Positions 53,150 through 64,000 of a stretch of DNA of 64,000 nucleotides are shown here, one piece after another. How positions within the stretch are numbered: the first letter of the stretch is position 1; every line of letters begins with the position of its first letter. The position numbers and the translations under genes were made by a program. The stretch comes from Octopus sinensis (Eukaryota): positions 8,246,001 to 8,310,000 of the forward strand of contig NC_043000.1 in NCBI RefSeq assembly GCF_006345805.1, in the 5' to 3' direction. Under the pieces are notes generated by a model, which saw only the letters and a list, made by a program, of their open reading frames with translations, searched no databases and had not been told where the DNA came from.

Positions 53150-53863
53150 ATTTCTGCAACTCCACACTTTGTTTTCTTTCTTTCTCTCTATCCCTCTATA
53201 ATCCTCTATATTTACCTTTTCTCCCCCTCCTTCCTTGCTGACCCCTGCCTGTCTTTCTTTCAGTCCCTACCATCTTTTGTTCCTTCTCCCTTCTCCCCAC
53301 CCCCTTTGTTTCTTTCCCTCATCCTCTCTCTTGTCCCCTTCCCCTCTACCTGTTGCTCACACGTGACTACAGGCCATTTCTGTTACTTCTGTCTTTTCTG
53401 GATGAGGTGTCCACCTAGCTAGACATCATTTCTCTCGCCTCTTGATGTTTTTTCTCTTCTGCTATTTTCTTCTATATTCTTTCAAAATTTCTCCCAAGTT
53501 ACCCATTACAATTCATTTTGGTTAAACACCCTTAATGTTTGTCTTCTTCAATTCTTTACTCTGTATGTCCACTCTGCTGTTTGTTCGTTCGAAGCCCTAA
53601 CTCTTCATAAATTTTATATTTTCAACATTTCTTTCATGCTGCTGTCTTATGAAGTTTTCCTATTTTGTCATTGTAAGCATGAAATTGGGAGTAGTAAAAC
53701 AGTCGACAACTGTCGAGGAGTTATCTTCATTTGGTATTTGGTCTGGTACTCATCTCTTGTATGTATACATATCTTGTTGGTGATGTCCTGTACTTATCTA
53801 TCGTGTGTTTACGAATTTTTCACTCGTTGGTGATGTCCTGTACTTAATGTGTATTTTTTGTTC

Positions 53864-53865
<2 letters not shown>
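53150..53865 (+). mobile_element. Possible Penelope-like terminal-repeat fragment
   Basis: Pyrimidine-rich tract then T-rich body, bounded by TA microsatellites, with a terminal direct repeat GTTGGTGATGTCCTGTACTTA x2; no ORF evidence. Confidence 0.3.
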
Positions 53866-53894
<29 letters not shown>

Positions 53895-54357
53895 ATGGGC
53901 TTCTTTCAGTTTCCACCTATCATCCATTCAGCCCAGGGCTATAGTAGAAGGTAATTGTCGAAGGTGCCACACAGTGGAACTGAACCCCAAACCATGTAGA
54001 ATTACAATAAAGAAGCAAACTTCTTAATTACTCAGGCATAACATGCTTTGAACTCCTAAGATATAGTGAAACACATCAAGTACCACTGTTTTGCTGTCTT
54101 TCATAGAATGACCATCAGGTGTGATAATACTAAATGATTGACTGGCTAAAACTTGTGAATGCTATTCAGATACAGAGGAAAATAGTTACAAAGACATTTA
54201 TAGCTTCATAACGTTTTGAATAAATATTATTTCATCATCTTATTTGTTTATTTTATATTTGATACTAAAACTTTATAAAAGAAGTGAAAAATATCTGTGT
54301 TAGTATTTAAATGGCAAATCTATTATTTAGGTTAGAAGATTAAACTATATTATAGTT

Positions 54358-54799
54358 AGGCAGTGGATTAGCAAAATCGATAGAGCATTGGGTAAAATGC
54401 CTTGTGGCATCAGTTCCAGCTGTTTATATTCTGAGTTCAAATCCTGCTGTGGTTAACTTTGCTTTGATCTCTCTGGGGTTGATAAAGTAAAGTACTAGTC
54501 AAGTACTGAGATTGATGATATCAACCAACTGCTTCTCCTCAAAATTGCTGCCCTTGTGTCTAAATCAGAAACAATTATAAGATAGTGAGCTGCAAAAACT
54601 GTTAAATTGTCAGTAAAAATGCTTTATGGTGGCTCTTTAGGTTCTGAGTTCAAATCATGTGGAGGTCAGCTTTGTCCTTCATCCTTTCGGGGTCAATAAA
54701 ATAAAGTACCAGATAAGTACTGGAATTGATGTAACTGACTGATCCTCCCTCCCCTCAAAATTACTGGCATAGTGCCTAAATTTAAAACAATATTATTAA

Positions 54800-54830
<31 letters not shown>

Positions 54831-55272
54831 TGGTGGTGTGTTGACAGAATCATTTCCACACTGGACAAAATGGATAGCGGCATTTCTCCTGGCTTTATAC
54901 TCTGACATTAACTTAATCTTTCATCCTTTTGGCGTCAATAGAATAAGCACCTGTTGAGCACTGAAGGGACTTACCCCTTCAACTAAAATTACTAGCCTTG
55001 TACCAAAATTTTGAACCCGTTATCATTGCTATTGTTATTATCAGGTTTCAATAAGGCAGCAAGCTGGTAGAATTGTTACTATGCTGAACAAAGTGCTGAG
55101 CAGCATTTCTTCTGACCATTACGTACTGAGTTTAAATGCCGCCAGGGTCAACTTCGCCCTTCATCCTTTTGGGGTTGATAAAATAAGTACTAGTTGAGCA
55201 CTGGGGTCGATGTAATTCACTTAGCCCCCCCCCTTGCCCAAATTACGGGCCTTGTGTCAGATTTTGAAACCA
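54358..55272 (+). mobile_element. Four consecutive same-strand family A SINEs
   Basis: Heads at ~54358, 54580, 54832 and 55052, separated by short ATT-rich tails; mutually diverged. Confidence 0.85.
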
Positions 55273-56494
55273 TTGTTATCTAGTTTCAATAGCCTTATAT
55301 ATATCTTGGCACGTAAAAAACGCCATTTTCGAGTATGGCTGTTGCCAGTACCGCCAGACTGGCCCTCGTGCTGGTGGCATGTAAAAGCACCCACTACACT
55401 CTTGGAGTGGTTGGCATTAGGAAGGGCATCCAGCTGTAGAAACTCTGCCAGATCAGATTGGAGCCTGGTGCAGCCATCTTGTTCGCCAGTCCTCTGTCAA
55501 ATCGTCCAACCCATGCTAGCATGGAAAACGGACGTTAAATGATGGTGACGATAAAGATGATGATGATATCTTCAACTATGAATGCAATTTACTCACATAT
55601 ACAAAAATGTAATTTACTTACATAACAGAAACACACCTGACCTGTTCCGTCAACCTTTCTGATCACTTATAATGCGTTTTAAATATCTGATTATTCAGAA
55701 AGAAAGAAAAAAAAAAGAATTATTTTCCTTCTTTTATTTTTTTGTCATCTTTTGACAACTTAGTACCTTCCATTTGTCTGTATTGAAGATTAAATGTTTT
55801 AGTCGTTAATTCAGCTAATCAACTCAGTATAGATTTTTATCTTAATTCTCTCATTATTGTCTGTATATGACCTTCAGGTTTTTATTTGTTTTTTTTTTTT
55901 AATTATTTCCCATCCTCTCCAACTACCACAGATTTAGCTGGTGTGTATGTTTATCAGTGGTGTGTAGTTGGTGTGTGTGGGTGTGGGTGTGTGTCGTATG
56001 TATGTATATCATTATATTCATCATCATCATTATCATTTTAATGTCCACTTTTCCATGCTTGTATGGGTCAGATGGAATTCTTTAGGGCAGGTATTTTTAT
56101 GGTCTGTTACCCTTCCTGCTGCTAACCTTCACCTGTTTCCAAGCAAGCTAATTCTTCCTTGTAGCCATACCTGTTTTCATGGAAGAATGGAAATGAAAGA
56201 CTCCTTTGGTCAACAAGTGCCAAGTGCTCTGAGGGAGACACATAAAGAAGTAGTGAAGACTTATCTCAAAAAGTTGAACTCCATAGACAAAGTAACCAAA
56301 GATTGCAACAAGTGGTGAGATGATCTGCTCAAACGCTTGAAAAGATTTTAATAAATAGATGATGATTTTAAGGGAGAGAGACAGTATTCAAGCCCCTTTG
56401 TAATCCTAAATCACTTCCTCATGAAAATGACACCTATATATTTATGGTGCATTTGTTGCTTTCAAGTGTCTATACTTTGCATATGCTCCATATA

Positions 56495-56792
56495 GATTCG
56501 GCTCATGATTGTAAGGTTGTGATTTCGATTCCCAGTGGTGCATTGTGTTCTTGAGCAAGACACTTTATTTCACATTGCGCCAGTCCACTCAACTGGTAAA
56601 AATGAATAGTATCTGTAACTCAAAGGGTTGGCTTTGTCACATTCTGTGTCACACTGAATCTCCCTGAGAACTACATTAGGGGAATGTGTGTCTGGAGTGC
56701 TCAGCCACTTGTGTGTTAATTTTACAAGCTGGTTGTTCTATTGATTGGATCAACTGGAATCCTTGTTGTAACTGATGGAGTGCTAGTATTAG
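56495..56792 (+). mobile_element. 5'-truncated SINE family C
   Basis: 13-bp TSD TATGCTCCATATA (56482-56494, 56793-56805). Confidence 0.85.
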
Positions 56793-57959
56793 TATGCTCC
56801 ATATAAATGTATGTATGTATGTATGTATGTATGCATGAAGCAGGTTAAGGAGCGGGTAGACACCTTTGAAAGAGCATGTATTCTGCATGAAGAATTTAAG
56901 TGTGCAGCTTGAAAACACACTGCTAGTGTAGTGAATGGGGAAAGCTTGGTTTGCAGTGTTTACAGTCATGTGTGCTTGTCAAAAGCAGGGCTCATTAGCC
57001 ACCAATGGAGTCGCAGATGCAGAATATAAGTTAGTCCTAGAGTGCACAATGTTCCTAAAGGGCAGCAATGGTCTTCCTCGGTCATGAGTGGACAGCCATC
57101 ATGTATGCATGTATGTATGCATGTATCTATGTATATGTACATGTATGTGGGGGAGGAGGGCTGTTTGTCTAAGTTCACACTGATATATTCTGCTTTTAGC
57201 AGAGGTCTCTCATCCAAAATGAGATATAACTTATAAGGTTAAAGCTAAGGGTACTTGTGGTCGGAGCAGATTTATATTTATGTGTTGCAAACGTAGAAAG
57301 ATTAACTTTTTTATTCATCATCTTTTGAATTGAAACAATATCTTAATTTTTCTGATGGCAAGGGCTTTGCTGATATGTCTAAATATTAACTTGATAAGGT
57401 GTTTTTAAATAAAGTATTTGGTTAAAAGTTTCTAAAATGTAAAACAATAGTAATTTTCTATAGAGGAATTCCCTCTAGCTACCCCAAGAATTATATCTCT
57501 CTTTTTATATGAATAATCTTTAAGAATTTATTCCATCTCCTGTCAGAAGTATAAACTCCAGTGGCATATCTCATGGTGGTAAGGATTGAATCATAAGGTA
57601 GAAAATGGAATTATGTCCATGATTTATTACTGAATTTTTTATATCATAAATATATATATTCAAAACAGTTTGTTGTTATTTTGCTCTAGGTCAATCATGA
57701 ACCAGCAGATCTATGATCAAAGGTGCCCCAATCATAAACAAACCATTCCATCTTCCCTTCAGGCACAGTATATCCAGTACTATGTCATCCAGTGCTCTTT
57801 TTTTTCTTTCCGTTAGTAGGGTTTATTTTTAGGGAGATTCGACTTGGCCATTGGCTCACATTCAAACCTAATAATATCTTTTTTGCATTTATGATAAAGT
57901 TTTCTTTATGATATATTGATTTTGTCTTTAATTTCAATCTCAACTCACTTAAAAGAAAT

Positions 57960-58461
57960 GTTTGTAACATATGGTTGGAAATAATTAAACTTTACAGATA
58001 CAGATAAATGCTACTAATCCCTACTTGACTTATTAAGGATGAGGATAAAGAGATAAATGAGTAATACTGAGATGAAGTGCTGAAAAAGTCGTAAGCTTAA
58101 TGACTCATTGCTGCAGCAAACCCAAGCTCTCATAGTCCCTGTCACCATATGCAACATCACTCCCATGCACCCAGGCATTTGTACAACTCTCCCCCCAAAA
58201 CTAATATCCACTAAATCCATAATAACATGAAAAAGATACACATAATCTTTGCGATAGAAGCCGCATCAATGGGCTTCTTAGCCCAAAGACTGCTGAGCTG
58301 CACAGCTTTGCTGATAAGTGTGAGGGAAGAGCAACTGTTACCTTCTGGTTGAGTTCACTTTGTCTGTCTCTGCTGCAATCATTACCAGAATCTAGAGGTG
58401 TACAATAATAGTCTAGGCGGCTGAGAGAGTACATTGTCCAGACTGCAACAGTGTTCTCCAT
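57960..58461 (-). mobile_element. Decayed CR1/L2-type LINE ORF2 C-terminal remnant
   Basis: ORF 58201-58461 contains LSRLDYYC.. followed by NQKVT and GLRSPLMR, resembling the SRLDYC..LE.VQR..L.L.SL..RR region. Confidence 0.5.
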
Positions 58462-58465
58462 ATGA

Positions 58466-58694
58466 TTAAACTTTTTGTTACCAATCTGGCTGAAACCGGC
58501 TCTGGCTCTTTAGTATAAATGTCTTGTTTTCATAAGTTTTGAATTAAAATCTTCCACCAAACCTTAGTCACAATTTATGTTCCTAACACTAGCTTAATGA
58601 TAACTAAGTTATTTTACTAAATTCTTTGTTATATTTAAAATAATTGAAAGAAACACAGAGTATCTCAAAATAAATACAGTAATGAAAGAGTTAA
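58466..58694 (+). mobile_element. piggyBac-like MITE family B, complete
   Basis: TTAA-ACTTTTTGTTAC ... GTAATGAAAGAG-TTAA. Confidence 0.7.
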
Positions 58695-59047
58695 CCGCTG
58701 CATGTCAGAATTTGCTGTATGGTACTTAGCAAGGCAAAGGTATACCTGTAGCATTGTATCTGTAGGTCAATCTTAGTCATTTTGATGATTATAGAAAACT
58801 TGGAGCTATGTAACAACACAATCAAAATATTCTACTCTTTTATTCTTTTACTTGTTTTAATCATTTGACTGTGGTCATGCTGGAGCACTGCCTTTACTCA
58901 AACAAATCGACCCCAGGACTTATTCTTTGTACGCCTAGTATTTATTCTATCAGTCGCTTTTACTGAACCGTTTAGTTACGGGCAAGTAAACACACCAACA
59001 TCAGTTGTCAAAGGATGCTGTGGGAACAAACACAAACACACAAACAT

Positions 59048-59108
<61 letters not shown>

Positions 59109-59118
59109 ATATATATAT

Positions 59119-59253
59119 AGGGAGAATTCACGAAAAAAACAAAAGACAAAGACAGATGGTGTAGAAAACAAAGAGATGTATTAGTATAACGCTCGGGAAT
59201 TGAAAAAGTCTTTTACGTTTTGAGCCTACGCTCTTCCACAGAAAGGAACACAG
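59119..59253 (-). mobile_element. Short Penelope-like terminal fragment inside the TA tract of a family B SINE
   Basis: Foreign block interrupting SINE 58835-59300; carries a hammerhead-like motif on the minus strand. Confidence 0.45.
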
Positions 59254-59317
59254 ATACACACAAATGGGCTTCTTTCAGTTTCCATCTACCAAATCCACAG
59301 TTAATGTTATATTTTGA

Positions 59318-59512
59318 GGTAAGGTGATGAGCTGGAAGAATTGTAAGTACACCAGGCAAAATGTACTGAGTTCAAAGTATGCCGAGGTTGATTTTGCTTC
59401 TCATACTTTTGGTGTTGGTAAAGTAAGTACATATTGAGCACCGGGGTAGATGCAATCAATGTAGCCCCTCCCCCGAAATTGCTGGCCTTGTGCCAAAAAT
59501 TTGAAATCAACA
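59318..59512 (+). mobile_element. SINE family A
   Basis: aaggtgatgagctggaagaattg..gagttcaaa..ccccgaaattgctggccttgtgccaaaa. Confidence 0.8.
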
Positions 59513-60135
59513 TTATATTTTTAGGTATGGCTGTATGGCAGCTATAAAGTTTGCTTCACAACCACATGGTTTTGGGCTCAGCTTCATTGCATGAAGCCTT
59601 GGGCAAGTATCTTCTACTAAAGTCCCAAGTTGACCAAAGTTTTGTGAAGGCATTTGGGCAGTGGAAACTGAAAAAAGCTTGTCATATATGTGTGTGTGTG
59701 TATGTCTCCTTATCTTAACATCATATGATAATAGTAAATAAATGTCAATCCCATGTAAACATGTCCTGCTTGGAGAAAACATAAGGGTTGGTGACAGGAA
59801 GGGCATCTGGCTGCAGAAAATCTGCCTTAATGAATTTATTCCATCTGATCCATACAAGCTTACAGAAGTGGACATTAAAATGATGTTGATGACGCTATGG
59901 TATTTGCTGTTGAAGTTTAATGCTCTTTCATTGCATATCATTAAAATGGAATAGAAACTGATAGCCAACTAATATGGCTGAGAGTATTAGATTAAATGTT
60001 ATTCGAATATCTTATTTTACTTCTCTTATGTTGTGAGTTTTATGATACCACAGGTGAGAAATTTGCTTTCCAGTCTTCTGGGAATGGAAAACATAAAATG
60101 TATGACATGTATGTACTAGGGATTATTTAATTTCT

Positions 60136-60532
60136 GTAGAGGTGCAATGGCTCATTGTTTAGGGTTCGTGGTTAGGGCAGCGGAATTGTGGTTGTAGGAT
60201 TGTGGTTTTGACTTCCAGACTGGGCGTTGTGAGTGTTTATTGAGCGAAAACATCTAAAGCTTCATGAGGCTCCGGCAGGGGATGGTGGTGAACCCTGCTG
60301 TACTCTTTGACCACAAATTTCTCTCACTCTTTCTTCTTGTTTCTGTTGTACTTGTATTTCAAAGGTCCAGCCTTGTCACAGTCTGTGTCACACTGAATCT
60401 CCCCCAAGAACTATGTTAAAGGTACACGTGTCTGTGGAGTGCTCAGCCACTTGCACGTTAATTTCACGAGCAGGCTGTTTCGTTGATTGGATCAACTGGA
60501 ACCCTTGTCATTGTTACCGATGGAGTACCACA
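60136..60532 (+). mobile_element. SINE with family C tail but a different head/core
   Basis: 12-bp TSD TATTTAATTTCT (60124-60135, 60533-60544). Confidence 0.85.
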
Positions 60533-61896
60533 TATTTAATTTCTAGGCTGGTACAAGTTTCCAGTCTTTACCATTAGAAGAAATCATTACATAGATTTAC
60601 ATAGAGGATATAGGTGCAGGTATGGCTTTGTGGTTAAGAAGCTTGCTTTGTAACCACATAGTTTTAGGTTCAGTCCCACTGCACCACATCTTGGGCATTA
60701 TCTATTATAGCCTTGGGCCTACAGCTGCCATGTGGATGAATTTGATGATGGAAACTGCTGAAGCCTGTAGCATATATATACATACATGTATATATATATT
60801 AATGTCTGTCGGTATTTGTCTTTGTGTATCTTAGTGTTAACAAACTACCACTAACACTTGACAACCAGTGTTGGTTTGTTTATGATCCTGTAATTTTGCA
60901 GTACTAGAATAAGTACTAGTCTTCAAAAAACAACAAAAAAAAGTACTGGTGGAGCTGATTTGTTGACTTTAGAGTCACCCTTTAGAGTGGTGCCCCAGCA
61001 TGACCACAACCCAATGGCTGAAATAAGTTAAAGATAAGAGATAAAAAGGTATCAGAATTAGTAGATTGTTAGACAAAGTATAAAGAGGCCTTAACTAGTT
61101 TTCACGAATGTTGTTGTTTTGTTCAGATTTAAGTTCAGATTTTAAATTGTGTTTTGGCCACTCTTTGACATCATGCCTCCGGGTGATAAAATAAGTGAAG
61201 TGAATTATTGATCTGAATTTAATTGACTATCCCCTTTCCTATGGCCCTGTGCCAGTTTAAGAAATCATTATCATAAATTATGCAGTTAAGTTTGATTTTG
61301 TAATCTCACCAACTATACCAACAAAAATAAAAAATAAAATAGGTAAAAATTGTGGATGTTGATGGTTCTAGTTTGGAAGGTTATACACACATGCACACAA
61401 AGATTCATGTGCAGTCACATGTGCCTGTACATACACATGTATACACTGACATAAATGTGCACTCTTATACATGCATACACATGCTCATGCACGTACACAC
61501 ACACACACTCACACACATGCACACACACACTGCCAATCTCAGAATTTGACATGCAGAGATTTTTATATATAATATATATATGATAATCAAATTGTGTATC
61601 ATTTAATACTTCAAACAATTAAAAGACAAACCAAAGCAGTGTTTTAATTTTAAGCCTAGCTTATGTTGGCAACAAGAAAAAAAAAGATAAAAAATATGTT
61701 TAAACTACCTATCAATAGTCATTAATAATGAAACATTTTAAAGCTTAAACTTCAGCTGCTGGTTTTATCTATTTTAATTAAGTATTTTCTTAAATATTTT
61801 ATTATATTTTTAGTTTATGTTTTAATATTGATTGATTAATTATTTTCATTTAGCTCCTTTTTCTTAACCCTTTGAACCCACAGCTATGCTTTAGAG

Positions 61897-62376
61897 CAGC
61901 TGTCCCCAAAGTTTCTTGCACCACAGACCAGTTTCATGCAAGACAATTTTTCCACAGACTTAGGGATTGTGTGTACAACAAAACACAAAGTACATTACAT
62001 ATAATTTAATTATTACATAGATAATACATATATATCACATATACAACATGTACAAGGGGGTGCTGAAAAGTTCCTGACTTTAAGGGTGTTGTGAAAGGCC
62101 TGGTTGCAGGTCCAACCTTCTGAGTTCTTTTTACAGGGCTTAGAAAAACTGAAGGACTGCTGCAATAAGTGTGTGAATCTGAGAGGGAAACATGTTGAAT
62201 AAAATCATAATCAATTGATACTTCTGTATTCTATTTTATCCAAAGCCAGGAACTTTTCATAACCCCTTGCTTATAATGCAGAAATACACTGCAGACTGCA
62301 ATAATGTATGAAATAGAAATAAAATTTTAAGATTTATTGTTTTTCTGTAGTCTAGTACTGGTCTGTGGTTTGGTGA
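61897..62376. mobile_element. hAT/Charlie (MER1-like) non-autonomous element hosting a mariner MITE
   Basis: CAGCTGTCCCCAAAGTTT..GACCAGTTTCATGCAAGACAATTTTTCCACAGAC resembles the MER1/Charlie3 end and follows CTTTAGAG (Charlie-type target); the other end is decayed. Confidence 0.6.
62051..62269 (+). mobile_element. Mariner-derived MITE retaining the transposase 3' end
   Basis: TA-CAAGGGGGTGCTGAAAAGTTCCTG TIR; encodes FFLQGLEKLKDCCNKCVNLRGKHVE* (mariner C-terminus). Confidence 0.8.
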
Positions 62377-64000
62377 GATTTTAAAAACTTCCTCAAACAG
62401 TATAAACCACCTTTAGAATCTTGTTATCATTCATAAACCTATCACTTCTGCTGTAAAGACTTCAGTAGATTATATTTGTGATAATTTATCTTTCACCCTT
62501 TCAGCAACATATTTCTGTTGAAATAGACTGCTTTTGTTTTAATTACTTTTCGAAAATAACAAAGAATTAACTAAGTTGGAACATGAAACATGAATTAACA
62601 CAAAACTTGGAAGGCTTAAATTTTGATTACTTTAAACATTAATTATGTATCCTAGATCCAGGGTTTGTCTCAGGTCAGTTGGTATCAAAAGAGCTAAACT
62701 CAAAGTTTGTATCACAGAACCAGGGATAGTCTCAGTTGGGTTTGTATGAAAAGGCTTAATGTGAATCTGCACAGCGGAATAAGATCCTGCAGGAGATTTT
62801 CTTGATCTTTCTTACTTGAAAGATTGTGATTTGATAAATTCCAATTCTTTAAGACTTGATTCATGCTTTTAGTTTTTATGCAGTATCTTGGGAATCAAGG
62901 CTCTTAACCATCTTGTGGCCATATTTGCATTAAAATACACCGCTTTTCTTTCAATTTTAAAAATAATGGAGAAGTTAGTAAAATAATTTTGTCATTATTA
63001 AGCTGATGTTTGGAAGTTAAACTTGCATAAAATTTTGATGGAAGGTTATAATTTAGAATGCTTTCAAGCAGGAAGCTTGTATTATAGAACCAGGAGTGGT
63101 CTCAGGTGGGTTGGTATCAACAGGGTTAAAGAGTAAAAGATATTTTTAAATTTTGATCATGAAAATTTATTTCATTTATTCTTCTTCTGCAATTTGTATT
63201 CTTGTTTTTTTTTTTTTTCATGTAAACCTTGCAGAGATGCAGCTACTGAGTAATTAGCATTCTAGATGATTGCATGAGTAATTATTGCACTTTGTTATTG
63301 AACTTAAACAAGAGAAATATTTTTTAACATCTGCTGTTATCTCAGATCATTTCTCTTCTTGGTTGAATGGTTAGTATTAAAACTGTGAAGGACATTCAGT
63401 TGTAAAATCAGAGACAGTTTCAAATGCTTGGATATTTAGAATGATCTAACGTAACTTTCAAAAGCATGTAAAAAACACAAACAACAAAATCTACCAAGTG
63501 CACAATTTAATAGCCTGCTTCAGTGTTTCCTTTCAACATTGTTTAAATGTAACAACTCTACATCATCCATTCTGTTCCTATCAATTTATTAATATTCATA
63601 TTTCATAGGCCCCTTAAATTCCTAAATTGTTAGCATGAGTTTGTGTTGTAGCAGTGGCATTTATAGGTCAAGTGCAGCTTAATTCAGGCACCTTAAAATG
63701 TTTGGTTAAAATTAGATTTCTTTACCCCAGTTTTATCCAATTAACGAGAGTAAAACTTTAAACATGGAAATCTTGTGTAAGTTTTTAAGAACAGTTATTT
63801 TTAGTAAGAAATAAACACATTAAGCAGTCTTTTACCTGGGGTCTTGCAGTATTTTATTAGTGTTCTATAAACATCACAGGTTGATGTGATCTGGTATTTT
63901 TCCAAAGCCTTGAAAGTAAAATTGAGTATTTTTAGCACCAATATTTGTTTTGTATGTTTATTCTAAGGTAGCTTATGGCTATTTGATTAGCTCCAAATTA

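Noticed and set aside
63235-63260. Strong polypyrimidine tract and CAG acceptor followed by ATG
   Set aside because: Frame closes after 6 codons and no clear donor was found.

Overview
AT-rich, repeat-dense eukaryotic DNA with abundant (TA)/(CA)/(TATC)/(TACA)/(GAT) microsatellites. The SINE and RTE repertoire resembles that of a coleoid cephalopod, probably Octopus (recalled, not searched). No intact host protein-coding exon is evident, and nearly all listed ORFs are microsatellite or repeat artefacts. The window looks like the 5' end of a large + strand gene: a CpG-rich promoter with a first-exon donor at ~1.0-1.5 kb, then long introns with CpG-decayed repeats, a possible alternative first exon ending at 36382 and a 79-nt non-coding exon (46336-46414). 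Mobile DNA includes at least four SINE-like families, RTE, Tx1, CR1/L2 and Penelope-like retroelement remnants, an internally deleted mariner, mariner/piggyBac/hAT MITEs, a Helitron and decayed pogo and Tc1/mariner transposases. The most notable structures are: four different insertions at the same motif of one SINE family; a 1.07-kb tandem duplication with a chimeric SINE junction; head-body-body SINE multimers; an inverted duplication; two long hairpins beside Penelope-like fragments; and a degenerate hammerhead-like motif. Coordinates were read by eye and repeat boundaries are approximate.
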